Of a DNA stretch of 27,780 bases, positions 15,357 through 25,482 are shown piece by piece. A program made the position numbers and the translations under genes. Each line of letters begins with the position of its first letter. The stretch's first letter is position 1. Under the pieces are notes generated by a model, which was given only the letters and a program-made list of their open reading frames with translations, was not told where the DNA came from and did not search any database. The DNA comes from a virus (taxonomy: Duplodnaviria; Caudoviricetes). The DNA lies in IMG/VR virus record IMGVR_UViG_3300044267_004781, positions 1 through 27,780 of that record. One strand, written 5' to 3'.

Positions 15357-18198
15357 TTGTAGAATATGTTTTATCGATTAATCCTGATCGCTGAAAAGTT
15401 ACACAATCCTCTAATGTCATTTTTATTTCTCCAGTGCCAGCTGTAAATTTAAAACCTGTAACAACATAACCAGTTGGATCACCAGCGGCATTGTCTTTCC
15501 ATTTTCCAGTATTCCAGTAATACACTGCTGAAGCTAGTTTCTGTTGTATTTCCGTATTAAACGTGCTATCCATAAAAGTTAATTCCAATCCTCTTTTTAT
15601 CATAGCGTAATGAGCCAAAGCCGTTTTAGCTCTAACCTTATGCAATAAACCTTCATTAGAACTTGAAGAAATATCGAACCTAGTTCTCCATTTTAATGTA
15701 TCTGAATCTTCTTCAGCCATACCATACTCATCCGCAGCTTCATATATTCTGAATTGACCAGGATATGTTCCACCAAATCCAGCGTTACCAGTATTACTAA
15801 CGGCAAAAGGATCTTCAGGAGGATTATCACCTATAATAATTTCAGGTTCTTGAACCATTTCTTCTGATGGTGATCCATTAGTGTTTTCATACCAAGCTAT
15901 AGTAGTATCGAAACTATCGATACCAGCAGAAACACCTGTAATATTTATTCTTAAATCATTTAACTCATAATCCCATTGTATACCTCTCTCTCTACACAAC
16001 CAACCATTATTAGTACTAGAACTAGTTTCTTGACCACCAACATCCCAACTTTTAGCAGTTACTTTCCAATAATCAGAACTATCAGGCTCTGTATTACATT
16101 GATCGATTCCCATTATCCCAATTAATTGAACTCCATATATATAATTAGTTCCATAATTTTGATCGTTTAAAGGACGTGAAATAGGTATAGGAGCTGATTC
16201 AATATAAAAAGGGAAGCTAGCAACGTAATCACTAACTACTATGTCCCACCAACCGCTATCCCAGTTTCCAGCAGTACCGTTTCCATTAAGTGCTTGTATA
16301 AACGGATGGTGAAATATAGGACTGAAATATGCAAATCTATTGTCACCAGCTTGTTGCGTCCAAGGATCGGGAGATGTTGAACTCCACCAATATGGATCAT
16401 GATAACCTATGTCTGTTCCCCATAAAGCTACTCCATCATCATCATAATAAATAGTTGGATTGGGATTATTAGGATTATTATTATTATATATCAATCCGTA
16501 CCAACTACCATCGTAACCATACACACCTCTTTCTCCAGTTTGTGCATAATTCCAATTCTCATTAGAACTTGCTCTCCATAAACCAGAGATAGGCTCATCC
16601 CAATAATTATAAGGTGCACTTCCACATAATATACCAAACCTTCTATCACCCATCCACCAAGTTCCTGAAGAATAATAATCACCCTCCTGATCTACGATAG
16701 GACCATCTGGATCTTTCCATATTGTTTGTACTCTCAATGCTAACCTAGGCATAGAGTAACTAGAATCTTGAATTCCATATACATTGTTTCCCCATGCGTC
16801 TTGCCATGTCATAGGACCAGCAGCGTTATAATACTGACCAGCTGAATCATAACCAATAGATCCACCAGAAGCAACAAATCCATGATTTTTAGGATGTATA
16901 GTTACATTCCCTGTAACAACTATTTTTTGACCACATGTTCTCTGAGCATAAGATCCTGGCCAGCCGACAGGAGGTTGTTCAGATATTTTACTTAAAGGAT
17001 AGTAATCATAAGAATCATTATCATCCATCATGTATGCATAATTAACAAGTGAACTGAATTCACATACACCACTTGCACCAGCTGACATTTCAGCCTCTTG
17101 CCACGCTGTTTGCATTGATCCAGGACCTATATTCATTCCCAAAAATTCTTTATGGTTATATATAGATTTGTAAGATAATAATGGAGGTATGAATTTTTCT
17201 TTTGCTCCTGCTATTACTGTTTCTGGATTCGCTATTAAAAATGACACACCATCATATTCAACAGCCTCGTCTGTAGTTAAAGTTTTTTCATGAATAAATA
17301 CATATCGACTAGTTAAAGAAATACCGCCATTATCACTTGATGAATGATTAAGTAATGGAGCTTGTAGAAACCAAGTGCAGTTAGATGTATACCACCAATC
17401 ACTACCTCCAACATCATCTCTTAAAGGAGTCATCATAATACGAAGTTGAAACGCTGATAAAATTTGCTCTAATATCTTATACCAACTCCAATATACTCCG
17501 TCTTTGTCTTTAAATACCCAGCTAGGAATTTTAACACAAGCCAAAGGATCATGATCTAAATCATCCCTCCAAGACGAACTAGTTATATTTCCCATAGCTT
17601 TATTATAATAGAAAGGCATGTGACACAAGAAACCTCTTGTATCATCATCACCTGTTGACCAAAAAGGGAAGTTATCAGAACTACTAGTAATCTCCATTAA
17701 CGCAGCTTTGATATAATACAAAGCTGATCTAGTTCCTGTTTTATCATCAGGGAATTTTTTATATTTTAATTGTGTTAATCCATCAACCGCTTTAATCTTT
17801 ATAAAATTATGAGGTGATCTATCTGCTAGAGTACTTAAGTCACCTAGTATAACACCTATCCAATATCTTCTAAAATCAGTTCCATCATGTCTTCTTAATT
17901 CTAAACACAATTCTCCTTCATTATCATTAGCTACTGCTAATAGATCTTCTACGATTTCCTCCTGATCAGTATTACCATCTTCTATTACAAAAGTAAATTC
18001 AGCAGACGAGGTTTTTATAGGAGCTAACATAGTGTCCTCATCACCATCCATTGTTAGCGTAAACCCCGATGCTCTACAATTAAATTCTATTGGTGAGCCT
18101 GGTGGTGTACCAGATTTTTTATGAATAAGCATTTCCCATCGTGATGGTGATTCATCATGTTGAGAATAAAATTCGCATTTGTATTTTATATATGACAT
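15349..18198 (-). CDS. Large tail-tip/baseplate hub protein
   Basis: 949 aa immediately downstream of the tape measure gene; W/Y/G/D-rich central region. Confidence 0.7.
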   Translation of the reverse strand: MSYIKYKCEFYSQHDESPSRWEMLIHKKSGTPPGSPIEFNCRASGFTLTMDGDEDTMLAPIKTSSAEFTFVIEDGNTDQEEIVEDLLAVANDNEGELCLELRRHDGTDFRRYWIGVILGDLSTLADRSPHNFIKIKAVDGLTQLKYKKFPDDKTGTRSALYYIKAALMEITSSSDNFPFWSTGDDDTRGFLCHMPFYYNKAMGNITSSSWRDDLDHDPLACVKIPSWVFKDKDGVYWSWYKILEQILSAFQLRIMMTPLRDDVGGSDWWYTSNCTWFLQAPLLNHSSSDNGGISLTSRYVFIHEKTLTTDEAVEYDGVSFLIANPETVIAGAKEKFIPPLLSYKSIYNHKEFLGMNIGPGSMQTAWQEAEMSAGASGVCEFSSLVNYAYMMDDNDSYDYYPLSKISEQPPVGWPGSYAQRTCGQKIVVTGNVTIHPKNHGFVASGGSIGYDSAGQYYNAAGPMTWQDAWGNNVYGIQDSSYSMPRLALRVQTIWKDPDGPIVDQEGDYYSSGTWWMGDRRFGILCGSAPYNYWDEPISGLWRASSNENWNYAQTGERGVYGYDGSWYGLIYNNNNPNNPNPTIYYDDDGVALWGTDIGYHDPYWWSSTSPDPWTQQAGDNRFAYFSPIFHHPFIQALNGNGTAGNWDSGWWDIVVSDYVASFPFYIESAPIPISRPLNDQNYGTNYIYGVQLIGIMGIDQCNTEPDSSDYWKVTAKSWDVGGQETSSSTNNGWLCRERGIQWDYELNDLRINITGVSAGIDSFDTTIAWYENTNGSPSEEMVQEPEIIIGDNPPEDPFAVSNTGNAGFGGTYPGQFRIYEAADEYGMAEEDSDTLKWRTRFDISSSSNEGLLHKVRAKTALAHYAMIKRGLELTFMDSTFNTEIQQKLASAVYYWNTGKWKDNAAGDPTGYVVTGFKFTAGTGEIKMTLEDCVTFQRSGLIDKTYSTNG

Positions 18199-18201
18199 AT
18201 A

Positions 18202-20628
18202 TTAAAAATTAGTAACAGATCCGCCTACTCGATCTTGTTCGTTTGTACTTCTATCAGTGCTTAATAAAATATCAGATCCTGAGATACTTCCATGTAACCT
18301 CCCTGTACCACCCCTACCACCGATCATTCCTTTTAATTTATCTAATGGTGCTATTACCTCTGGATTAATATTTGAAGTTCCAGATCCTTCACCGACCATT
18401 GCTAGAGTAGGTCCAGTAACTAAACCACCTTCAGCAAATGGAGGAATAACAGCGTTGAATATACCTCCAACAACAACACCCGCTGTTGCCGCGGCTATAG
18501 CATTTAATGGGAATGGCAATCCTTTAAAAGCAGATGCCGCCCAAGATGCCGTTCCTTCCGCTATCTTAGTTTTTATTATTTCCCTAGCTTGCGATTTTAC
18601 AGTATCTACCATAGCTCCCATACCTCCCTCTTGACTATTAGCCATCGCGTCAAAAGCTGACATTGTTGCAGACTCTAATTCTTGTATTTTTTCAGTCGCT
18701 TTAGTAGTATCAGCATCAACATCAACAACTAAACCTCCTCCTTCTTCTCCTTCTCCTCCTTCTTCTCCTTCTCCCATGTTCACTCCTGTAACATTTGCTA
18801 TAGCATCAACTTCTCCAATATCTATATTTTCTTCTCCTCCAGTACCTAGTAGATCTCCTAGAAAAGTACCCTCTCCAGCTATATTATCTAATACTCCAGT
18901 AACTTGAGAACTAACATCACTAACAAAAGCATCGACATCTCCAACAGTAACCAATTCAACTGGCTCTTTGTTTTCAATGTTATCCATCATCTTGTCAAAA
19001 CGGTCACTAGTATCAGTGGCAAAATCTTCAATGTTACCCTTCATATCCTCTATCATGTTATTAAAGGAGTCTGTAGGATTTCTGAAGTTAATTACATCAA
19101 GTATAATATTTCCTAGTCCTTGAAACAAACTAACCATGTTAGCGATACCCGTTTTAAAATAATTCCATACAGTATTAAAAGCAAAACCGATCGCCTCTAC
19201 GGCCACCTTAATAGCTTGATTTTCATTGTATAATGTGATAAACCAATTGATAACATCAACTAATACAACTTTTACTTTGTCCCAGTTTTTAATCATCAAT
19301 CCTATAACTGCTACTATACCAGCTATAATCGCTCCAACAGGATTCATCGCTCTCATCGCTGTAGCAAAAGCTATAGCCGCACCTCTCGCTAAACGTATTG
19401 CTTTAACTGTGAATTGAAATAATTTAACTATCTTCGCTATAATAATTAAAGTTGGTCCTAACGCTATTAAAGCTAATCCTAATTTAACTATCTTCGCTCT
19501 ACTCTCTTCGCTCATAGCTGAGAATTTCCCAGCCATAGTACTAAATGCATTCGCTATATTAGTGGCAACAGGCATTAATGATTCACCTAGTTTGACACCA
19601 GCAACCTGTAGATTAGTTAGAGCTTGTTTGAATTTAAACTCTGCTGTGTTAGCTGTTTCAGTAAAACCATCATTAACAAATCCCTGTGCCCCTTCCATTT
19701 CACCTAATATGTTAGTGTAGTTTTCTGTTTGACTACCTAAGACACCTAAAACCCCCTTAAGGGCTTGAGACTTGCTGAAAAAGCTAGCCATAGCAACATC
19801 ATTGTCCCCGAACTGAGTTTGTAAATGTTGAAGAGTTTTCATTAAACCCTGTTCACCTAGCATTTTTGTAACATCCTCAGCGGACATTCCTATGGCCTCT
19901 AAAGCTTTAGCTTGTTGAGCGGTTGGTTCAGACTTTAATTTTGCGAAAGTCATCATAACAGCCGACAAACCATTTGTTGCAGCTGTTGCATCCCCTGTTG
20001 TTCTTGTGTATGTTGAGATCATAGCGCCAACTTCTTCGAAGCTAACACCTAAACTAGAAGCTAATCCAAGTTGTCTTCCTAAGACAGAGGCTAACTCTGA
20101 TGATTCGAACATACCTGTTTGAACCATCTTTCCAAATATATCTAACGCATCAGAAGCCGACATGACTTCAGCACCATAAGCGTTTTGAGCAGCGGCGGCG
20201 ACTTTAGCGAGATCTTTTTGTTCCCCTAATCCCATCGCTGTTCCTTTAGCAACCTGTTCTAAGGCTGCCATCGCATCTGTAGCATCTAAACCAGCAGATG
20301 TTAAAAAGAATAAACCGTCAGCTAGATCTCTAGGTGCAGTAGCAGTTGGTCCTGCTAACTCTAATACTTTGTTTTTTAAATTTTCAACCTCATTAGCTGG
20401 GAGACCAACTAATGTTGTGATTTTTGTCATTGAAGCTTCGAAGTCAGAAGCTAGTTTCACACTAGCCGCTCCTAACCCTATTAAAGGCATGCTCAAGTTT
20501 CTACTTAAGCTAGATCCTGCACTTGATAATTGCTTACTGAATCTACCAAGTTTAGTTTCTACCCTCTTTAATCCTGAGGTGAATGCTTTAGAATTTAATC
20601 TCAGAAATACTGATAAATCTTTACCCAT
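18202..20628 (-). CDS. Tail tape measure protein (TP901-like core)
   Basis: 808 aa, Ala/Gly-rich helical, DFEASMTKI core, hydrophobic segment, periodic Trp/Phe, C-terminal FAEGGLVTGPTLAMVGE...PEVIAPLDKL. Confidence 0.95.
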   Translation of the reverse strand: MGKDLSVFLRLNSKAFTSGLKRVETKLGRFSKQLSSAGSSLSRNLSMPLIGLGAASVKLASDFEASMTKITTLVGLPANEVENLKNKVLELAGPTATAPRDLADGLFFLTSAGLDATDAMAALEQVAKGTAMGLGEQKDLAKVAAAAQNAYGAEVMSASDALDIFGKMVQTGMFESSELASVLGRQLGLASSLGVSFEEVGAMISTYTRTTGDATAATNGLSAVMMTFAKLKSEPTAQQAKALEAIGMSAEDVTKMLGEQGLMKTLQHLQTQFGDNDVAMASFFSKSQALKGVLGVLGSQTENYTNILGEMEGAQGFVNDGFTETANTAEFKFKQALTNLQVAGVKLGESLMPVATNIANAFSTMAGKFSAMSEESRAKIVKLGLALIALGPTLIIIAKIVKLFQFTVKAIRLARGAAIAFATAMRAMNPVGAIIAGIVAVIGLMIKNWDKVKVVLVDVINWFITLYNENQAIKVAVEAIGFAFNTVWNYFKTGIANMVSLFQGLGNIILDVINFRNPTDSFNNMIEDMKGNIEDFATDTSDRFDKMMDNIENKEPVELVTVGDVDAFVSDVSSQVTGVLDNIAGEGTFLGDLLGTGGEENIDIGEVDAIANVTGVNMGEGEEGGEGEEGGGLVVDVDADTTKATEKIQELESATMSAFDAMANSQEGGMGAMVDTVKSQAREIIKTKIAEGTASWAASAFKGLPFPLNAIAAATAGVVVGGIFNAVIPPFAEGGLVTGPTLAMVGEGSGTSNINPEVIAPLDKLKGMIGGRGGTGRLHGSISGSDILLSTDRSTNEQDRVGGSVTNF

Positions 20629-20980
20629 TTTCTTTTCTTGCTTTAGCTATTAAATACTCTGCTCTTGACCTACCTGCCTCGATTTTCTTTTGACTTGTTT
20701 TTTCCCATGGGAATTTTATTAAGTCATGTAATTTTATTTGTTGATTTCTCTTCCTATCTTTATTAATCAAAGATACGGTTTGAAACCTTAATCGAGTCCA
20801 GTGCTCTTGTTGTAGTTGTTCTAATAACTCTTTTTTACCTTCTAACTTTAATTGCAAAAGCCTAGGAGTATAATCTAAAAATTCTTCTAAAGAGAGATCT
20901 AAATATCCAATACCAATTTTAGTAGCATGTTCTAAAGTTAGAGACTCAGGTTCTACTTCTTCTTCTGAGTCTCCTTCTTC
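20621..20980 (-). CDS. Tail assembly chaperone, -1 frameshift extension (gpT-like portion)
   Basis: The -1 frame is open from the slippery site (EEGDSEEEVEPESLTLEHATKIGIGYLDLSLEEFLDYTPRLLQLKLEG...) into the 20621..20857 ORF, which itself has only a TTG start. Confidence 0.85.
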   Translation of the reverse strand, partial: EEGDSEEEVEPESLTLEHATKIGIGYLDLSLEEFLDYTPRLLQLKLEGKKELLEQLQQEHWTRLRFQTVSLINKDRKRNQQIKLHDLIKFPWEKTSQKKIEAGRSRAEYLIAKARKENG

Positions 20981-20986
20981 TTTTTT
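20941..20986 (-). promoter_or_regulatory. Programmed -1 ribosomal frameshift signal
   Basis: In-frame A AAA AAG heptamer (20986-20980), 6-nt spacer, 9-bp stem GAGACTCAG/CTGAGTCTC. Confidence 0.85.
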
Positions 20987-21297
20987 TCGCCACCAACTTT
21001 AGCCATTGATTCGGTAAATATTTCCATTATTTCTGTTATAATTTCTATACCTTCGTCATCTACCCAATCAGCAACATCGTTGACATTGAAGTCAAATTTT
21101 GTTTTCTCTTTTCTTGCTCCATGTTTTAATCCACAAAATACCAAAGATATTGTTGAAGATAAACTCATGTTGTTCCCTAATTTAGATAAGTCATTTAATC
21201 CATAACCTGTTAGATCACACCACTCTGCTAAAGCGGCGAATCCAAAATGAATTGGTCTAACTCCACCACCGATAGGGACTTTTTTTACATTAATCAT
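20953..21297 (-). CDS. Tail assembly chaperone (gpG-like)
   Basis: 114 aa between the tail tube and tape measure genes; RPIHFGFAAL..., ends GGEKKKK. Confidence 0.85.
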   Translation of the reverse strand: MINVKKVPIGGGVRPIHFGFAALAEWCDLTGYGLNDLSKLGNNMSLSSTISLVFCGLKHGARKEKTKFDFNVNDVADWVDDEGIEIITEIMEIFTESMAKVGGEKKKKETQKKK

Positions 21298-21321
21298 ATC
21301 AAAATAATTTTATAATTATTT

Positions 21322-21329
21322 CAAATATA
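21322..21329 (-). promoter_or_regulatory. -7 promoter box (TATATTTG) upstream of the chaperone gene
   Basis: TAnnTTTG match, intergenic. Confidence 0.5.
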
Positions 21330-21351
21330 AAAAGAATTATTACAACTACTA

Positions 21352-21801
21352 CTATGCATTCGCCATTGTTAACGCACCTGATCCTTGAATAGAAATACTA
21401 TATGTACTCCATTCAGCTACAGAACCGCTAACAGACAACGAAGTTATAAATCCATACCCTGTCCATTTCTGAACTGCTGTTTGACCAGTAGCAGTATGAA
21501 ATTTAACCGCAATTTTATACCCGTTTTTCATAGCAGTGAATATAGTACTTGGTCTAACCGTTTCTGTACCAACACTACCATCAGTATAAAATGCATCACA
21601 GTCTATAGTCCATGAATTAACTCCACTAATAAAGGCCTTATGCCCTTGACTATCCTTATTTGTTATATCGATCGTTTCTTGATTAACATTGAATGTACAA
21701 GAAGTTGAACCTCCTATCACTTCTACATCAGTTAAACTAGGTGTTGAAGTATCATCAATTGATAAAATAAGATCAGATCCTGAAATTGTTTTTACAGCCA
21801 T
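21352..21801 (-). CDS. Major tail tube protein, paralog 2 (TP901-1-like)
   Basis: ISGSDL, STSCT, IDITNKDS, SWTIDCD, GYGFITSLS, YSISIQGSGAL. Confidence 0.88.
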   Translation of the reverse strand: MAVKTISGSDLILSIDDTSTPSLTDVEVIGGSTSCTFNVNQETIDITNKDSQGHKAFISGVNSWTIDCDAFYTDGSVGTETVRPSTIFTAMKNGYKIAVKFHTATGQTAVQKWTGYGFITSLSVSGSVAEWSTYSISIQGSGALTMANA

Positions 21802-21836
21802 CTTTTTTTAACTTTAATTTATTATTTATTTATTTA

Positions 21837-22292
21837 TTACCCTTGCGCTAATGCTCCTGTTCCTTGTATACTTACTGTATATGTACCAGCATCCTCAGTG
21901 CCACCAGAAGCGCTTATAGAAGTTATGTAACCATTACCACTATATGTTGCTGAAGATCCCTGAAATTCTACTGCAACGTATCTAGGATATTGAACAACGC
22001 CATTTTGTGAAGGTTCACTATCACCATACATAGCTGGGAATAAAGTTTGCATATCATCAGTTCCATCCTCATTATAGAAAACGTCAGCGTCCATTGTCCA
22101 TGAAGAACTTAAACCATGAAATTCTTTTCTATCGCCTGATTGTTTGTCTGTTACTTCTCCTGTATCAACAGTTATCGAGACGGTACAACTTGTAGCCGCA
22201 GCAATAGCCGTTAAAGTACCTGTTGAAGGAGTTTCAGAGTCGCCTGGATTAACTTTTAGAACCATATCAGTTCCATTTATAATTGTAGCCAT
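21837..22292 (-). CDS. Major tail tube protein, paralog 1 (TP901-1-like)
   Basis: INGTDM, ATSCT, EVTDKQS, SWTMDAD, GNGYITSIS, YTVSIQGTGAL. Confidence 0.88.
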   Translation of the reverse strand: MATIINGTDMVLKVNPGDSETPSTGTLTAIAAATSCTVSITVDTGEVTDKQSGDRKEFHGLSSSWTMDADVFYNEDGTDDMQTLFPAMYGDSEPSQNGVVQYPRYVAVEFQGSSATYSGNGYITSISASGGTEDAGTYTVSIQGTGALAQG

Positions 22293-22294
22293 CT

Positions 22295-22516
22295 TTAATT
22301 ACTTTTTTTATTAATACTATTTTTATTATCATCTTCCTTTACTTTTGTTTTTGGTGTTTCTTTTTTGATCGAAGGGGATAACATATTATACTCATCATCT
22401 ATAAAACCCTTTTCAACCATTTCAGTATATCTTTTAAGATCCATAGGACCACATTTAGATCCTAACTCTCTCTTGCCTTTAGCTTTTTTAAGCGTTGCGT
22501 AAAACCATTTTTTCAT
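22295..22516 (-). CDS. Small basic hypothetical protein
   Basis: 73 aa filling the gap in the tail operon. Confidence 0.6.
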   Translation of the reverse strand: MKKWFYATLKKAKGKRELGSKCGPMDLKRYTEMVEKGFIDDEYNMLSPSIKKETPKTKVKEDDNKNSINKKSN

Positions 22517-22522
22517 ATCATT

Positions 22523-23908
22523 TTATTTTAATAATTTATACTTATTCAATATATAATTTTTTGCTTGATTATATATTATCCCTCCAGGAGAGAATGGCGT
22601 GATAGCGTTATCGTTAGCATCTGATCTTTTCTCAGTAGCTACGAATCCCATAGTTTCGTAAATATCAAAACCCGCGCTAAAAGCACCACCATATTTTCCT
22701 ATATTTCCCCATCCAATTCCTCCACTTATTGAATCTGTTGTTCCAGAGATCATACTATTCTCTATTTGTCCCGTAGTTTTATTTGGATTGTAATCAGAGT
22801 TAAAGTACTCATACCATCCTCTTCCAGTATATGCCCCTCCAATTTTACTAGGAATACCTCCAAAGCTAAGTGCTAAAAAATGAACGTCAGCATCCCAGTA
22901 TTTTGTTGAATCTGTTTCAGATAAAAGTGTATTTGATGCACTAATATCTGTAAAATCATCATTGAAATTTACTTCTATTTTTATATCAGATCCTATCTTA
23001 GAATGTGATACTAATATTTGTTTAGCGTTACCATTTTCAGGAGTACCATTTAGATAGTTATAATCTTCTGTACCTGTTGGCTTATATACAATAATAAACA
23101 ATCCGCCGTATGGTATTTCAAATTGACCAGAACCATATCCTGTTGGATCTTCAATTCCTAAAATATCATCATCGCCAAAAGTAATTTTAGCAGGGAGAGT
23201 GGGAGTAGCATGATTCCAAATTGGTCTATAATCAAAAGCAGGATTATTTCCATAAGCTGATTCCCACTTACCACCCCAAACAGTTGGAGTAGCTCCATCA
23301 AAAGCTAATGTTGGTCGTATAACTCTATTATATACCCAAGCAACAGTGTTACCACTTGACAATGGTGGAGAATTCCAGTACGTGCCTAAATATTTTAGTC
23401 CAAAATCTAAGTGAAAAAATAATGGAGTAGTAGTTTTATCATCATAACACAATCTCAAAATATCATCATACCAAAGGACGTTATATGTATCTATTTTACT
23501 ATACAATAATAGGTCTTCGTCATAATAATCTTCTGATCTATCAAAAATTATTTTATCAAAATCTATATTATCAATAATGTTGTGAGTATAGCCATCATTA
23601 TCTGGATAAGAAGGTAAACCATCTTGACCAGTAGACTGGCTATCAGTGAAACTATCTAATAGATCTCTAACCTTTTCTGACAACAAATTAACCTGATCAT
23701 AACTTTCTCCTTTTATTTTTAAACTAAGAGATGTTTTTCTTTGGTTAGGGAATTGATCTTTTGACTTTTCAAAAGTAGTAAAACAAGAATATATTATACG
23801 AGGATAATCTGTTCCAGGATCTTGAGGGTTAATCACAGGATAAACCCCACCAGCAGATAACTCTGATATATTGTCCGTTAATAATTTATATACAAACTTT
23901 CCGATCAT
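22523..23908 (-). CDS. Tail terminator/completion-like (DUF3168-like) domain fused to a LamG/ConA-like domain, paralog 2
   Basis: MIGKFVYKLL...VYPVINPQ...YPRIIY...SYDQV..LSEKVRDLL; about 300-aa beta-rich extension ending YILNKY. Confidence 0.65.
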   Translation of the reverse strand: MIGKFVYKLLTDNISELSAGGVYPVINPQDPGTDYPRIIYSCFTTFEKSKDQFPNQRKTSLSLKIKGESYDQVNLLSEKVRDLLDSFTDSQSTGQDGLPSYPDNDGYTHNIIDNIDFDKIIFDRSEDYYDEDLLLYSKIDTYNVLWYDDILRLCYDDKTTTPLFFHLDFGLKYLGTYWNSPPLSSGNTVAWVYNRVIRPTLAFDGATPTVWGGKWESAYGNNPAFDYRPIWNHATPTLPAKITFGDDDILGIEDPTGYGSGQFEIPYGGLFIIVYKPTGTEDYNYLNGTPENGNAKQILVSHSKIGSDIKIEVNFNDDFTDISASNTLLSETDSTKYWDADVHFLALSFGGIPSKIGGAYTGRGWYEYFNSDYNPNKTTGQIENSMISGTTDSISGGIGWGNIGKYGGAFSAGFDIYETMGFVATEKRSDANDNAITPFSPGGIIYNQAKNYILNKYKLLK

Positions 23909-25482
23909 TAGTTACTAGTTTTTTTCCACCAACCATACTTCCCTATTATCTCCTTTTTGATTTTCATATACTTGTTGCTACCAAATTCTAAATACTCAGG
24001 CCAAACAACCATGTCGTACAAATTCATCGCTGCGTTAGGATTAATAGGATCTATCCACCCTCCTGCCTCTGGATCATAATTAGAAACATCAGTATGTATA
24101 GTAGAGAAATTGAAAAAATACTCTGCCCAATCAGACAAGTAAGACGCATCTGAATAACCATAGTAAATATTATTGTCAGCGCCATCATCTGTAAAATCAC
24201 TACTAGCAACAAAATCAAATTTACCCTCTACTTTAGTATTATCATCAGGTTTTCTTCTAAATGATACTGCTATGAAAAATGGTTTTGTCAATGTTAAAGT
24301 TGGATTAATACCTAGAAAAGGCCATGATATTATAGTTCCTGAAGTAAAATTCAACCCTCTATCTTTCCCATCTTCTTGAAGTCCTATTCCACCGAAATTC
24401 ATTTTTAGTACAGCTCCTCCACTAACAGAAACACAACCCGCATAAATCATTCCAGATGGATAAGTACCACTAGCAGTATCACCATATAAAATAGCTGATT
24501 CTTTTGAAGATGTTATAGAGTCTGGTATGTCCATAACAAAAAAAGCTGTTCCTTCTTTATATTTTCTATCACGTCTTTCTGTTAACTGTAATGATCGTAA
24601 ATACTTGCTTGTACCGAACTCTAAATAATTAGATCCAATTGTATAAGGTAAATCTACTATTGATTTTTTGATATTAGGTCTATTTGTATTGGATGGATTT
24701 GATACTGTTCCTGAATCATCATACCATATATCATACATACCATTTGAACTAGTATCACTAACATTATTAGTTTCAGCACAACACGATGGTGAGTATAAAT
24801 AATTAACTCCTTGATCCATAGCTACAGGTTGTGTATATAATGGATCATCAGTAGAATTAATGTTAGTAGCCATTAAATTTAGATCATGAATATTTAAAGA
24901 TATATCGGCTCCCCATGTTGAAAAATCATCCTTAGTAGATAGAGTAAAATTCAATATATTCCTATACTCATATAAATCATCGTTATAAGTTTCTAAACAG
25001 TTTTCAAAATTCATAGCTATTACCTGTATTCCTCCAAAGTATTGTATTAATCCTGTTGAAGGAGGACAATACTCTCCCCATATTTTGTGCCCAGCAGATG
25101 ACTTAATACCTGTTCCATAAAAAATATCAGTAACGGAATTTATAGGATTTTTATATCTAGACAATAGATCTATAATTAAAGAACTTATTCTAGTGACCGT
25201 AGAATAGCTAGAATCAACAACATCTATTGTTATATCATAATTATTTCTTGGTGATCTGGTATAGCCTTTTATGTCTGATGGATCATTTTTTTCAACAGTA
25301 TAAATTATATAAGGACTAGGATCTGGTAAATTAGTTCCGTATGTTCCAACTGTTTGAGGTTTTATATTAGGATATATTCTACCAGCTACTTCCTTATTTA
25401 TTCTATAAGCAGCGTTATCTGGATCTGTAGAATAATAAGTTGGCGCACCTGTTAATAATGAATATATAAATTTCCCTACCAT
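23908..25482 (-). CDS. Tail terminator/completion-like (DUF3168-like) domain fused to a LamG/ConA-like domain, paralog 1
   Basis: MVGKFIYSLL...RIYPNIKPQ...PYIIY...SYSTV..ISSLIIDLL; about 330-aa beta-rich extension ending IIGKYG. Confidence 0.65.
   Translation of the reverse strand: MVGKFIYSLLTGAPTYYSTDPDNAAYRINKEVAGRIYPNIKPQTVGTYGTNLPDPSPYIIYTVEKNDPSDIKGYTRSPRNNYDITIDVVDSSYSTVTRISSLIIDLLSRYKNPINSVTDIFYGTGIKSSAGHKIWGEYCPPSTGLIQYFGGIQVIAMNFENCLETYNDDLYEYRNILNFTLSTKDDFSTWGADISLNIHDLNLMATNINSTDDPLYTQPVAMDQGVNYLYSPSCCAETNNVSDTSSNGMYDIWYDDSGTVSNPSNTNRPNIKKSIVDLPYTIGSNYLEFGTSKYLRSLQLTERRDRKYKEGTAFFVMDIPDSITSSKESAILYGDTASGTYPSGMIYAGCVSVSGGAVLKMNFGGIGLQEDGKDRGLNFTSGTIISWPFLGINPTLTLTKPFFIAVSFRRKPDDNTKVEGKFDFVASSDFTDDGADNNIYYGYSDASYLSDWAEYFFNFSTIHTDVSNYDPEAGGWIDPINPNAAMNLYDMVVWPEYLEFGSNKYMKIKKEIIGKYGWWKKTSN

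Noticed and set aside
12677-16682. Nested minus-strand alternative-frame ORFs (12677..12871, 14516..14887, 16491..16682)
   Set aside because: They lie fully inside better genes; their hydrophobic composition is typical of off-frame AT-rich DNA.
18733-18776. (CCT/TCT)n repeat
   Set aside because: Encodes a Gly/Glu low-complexity linker in the tape measure protein; not an array or regulatory repeat.
932-24379. Plus-strand ORFs (932, 4544, 11842, 18257, 18904, 19226, 20369, 21385, 24173)
   Set aside because: All are antisense shadows of well-supported minus-strand genes and have no recognisable motifs.
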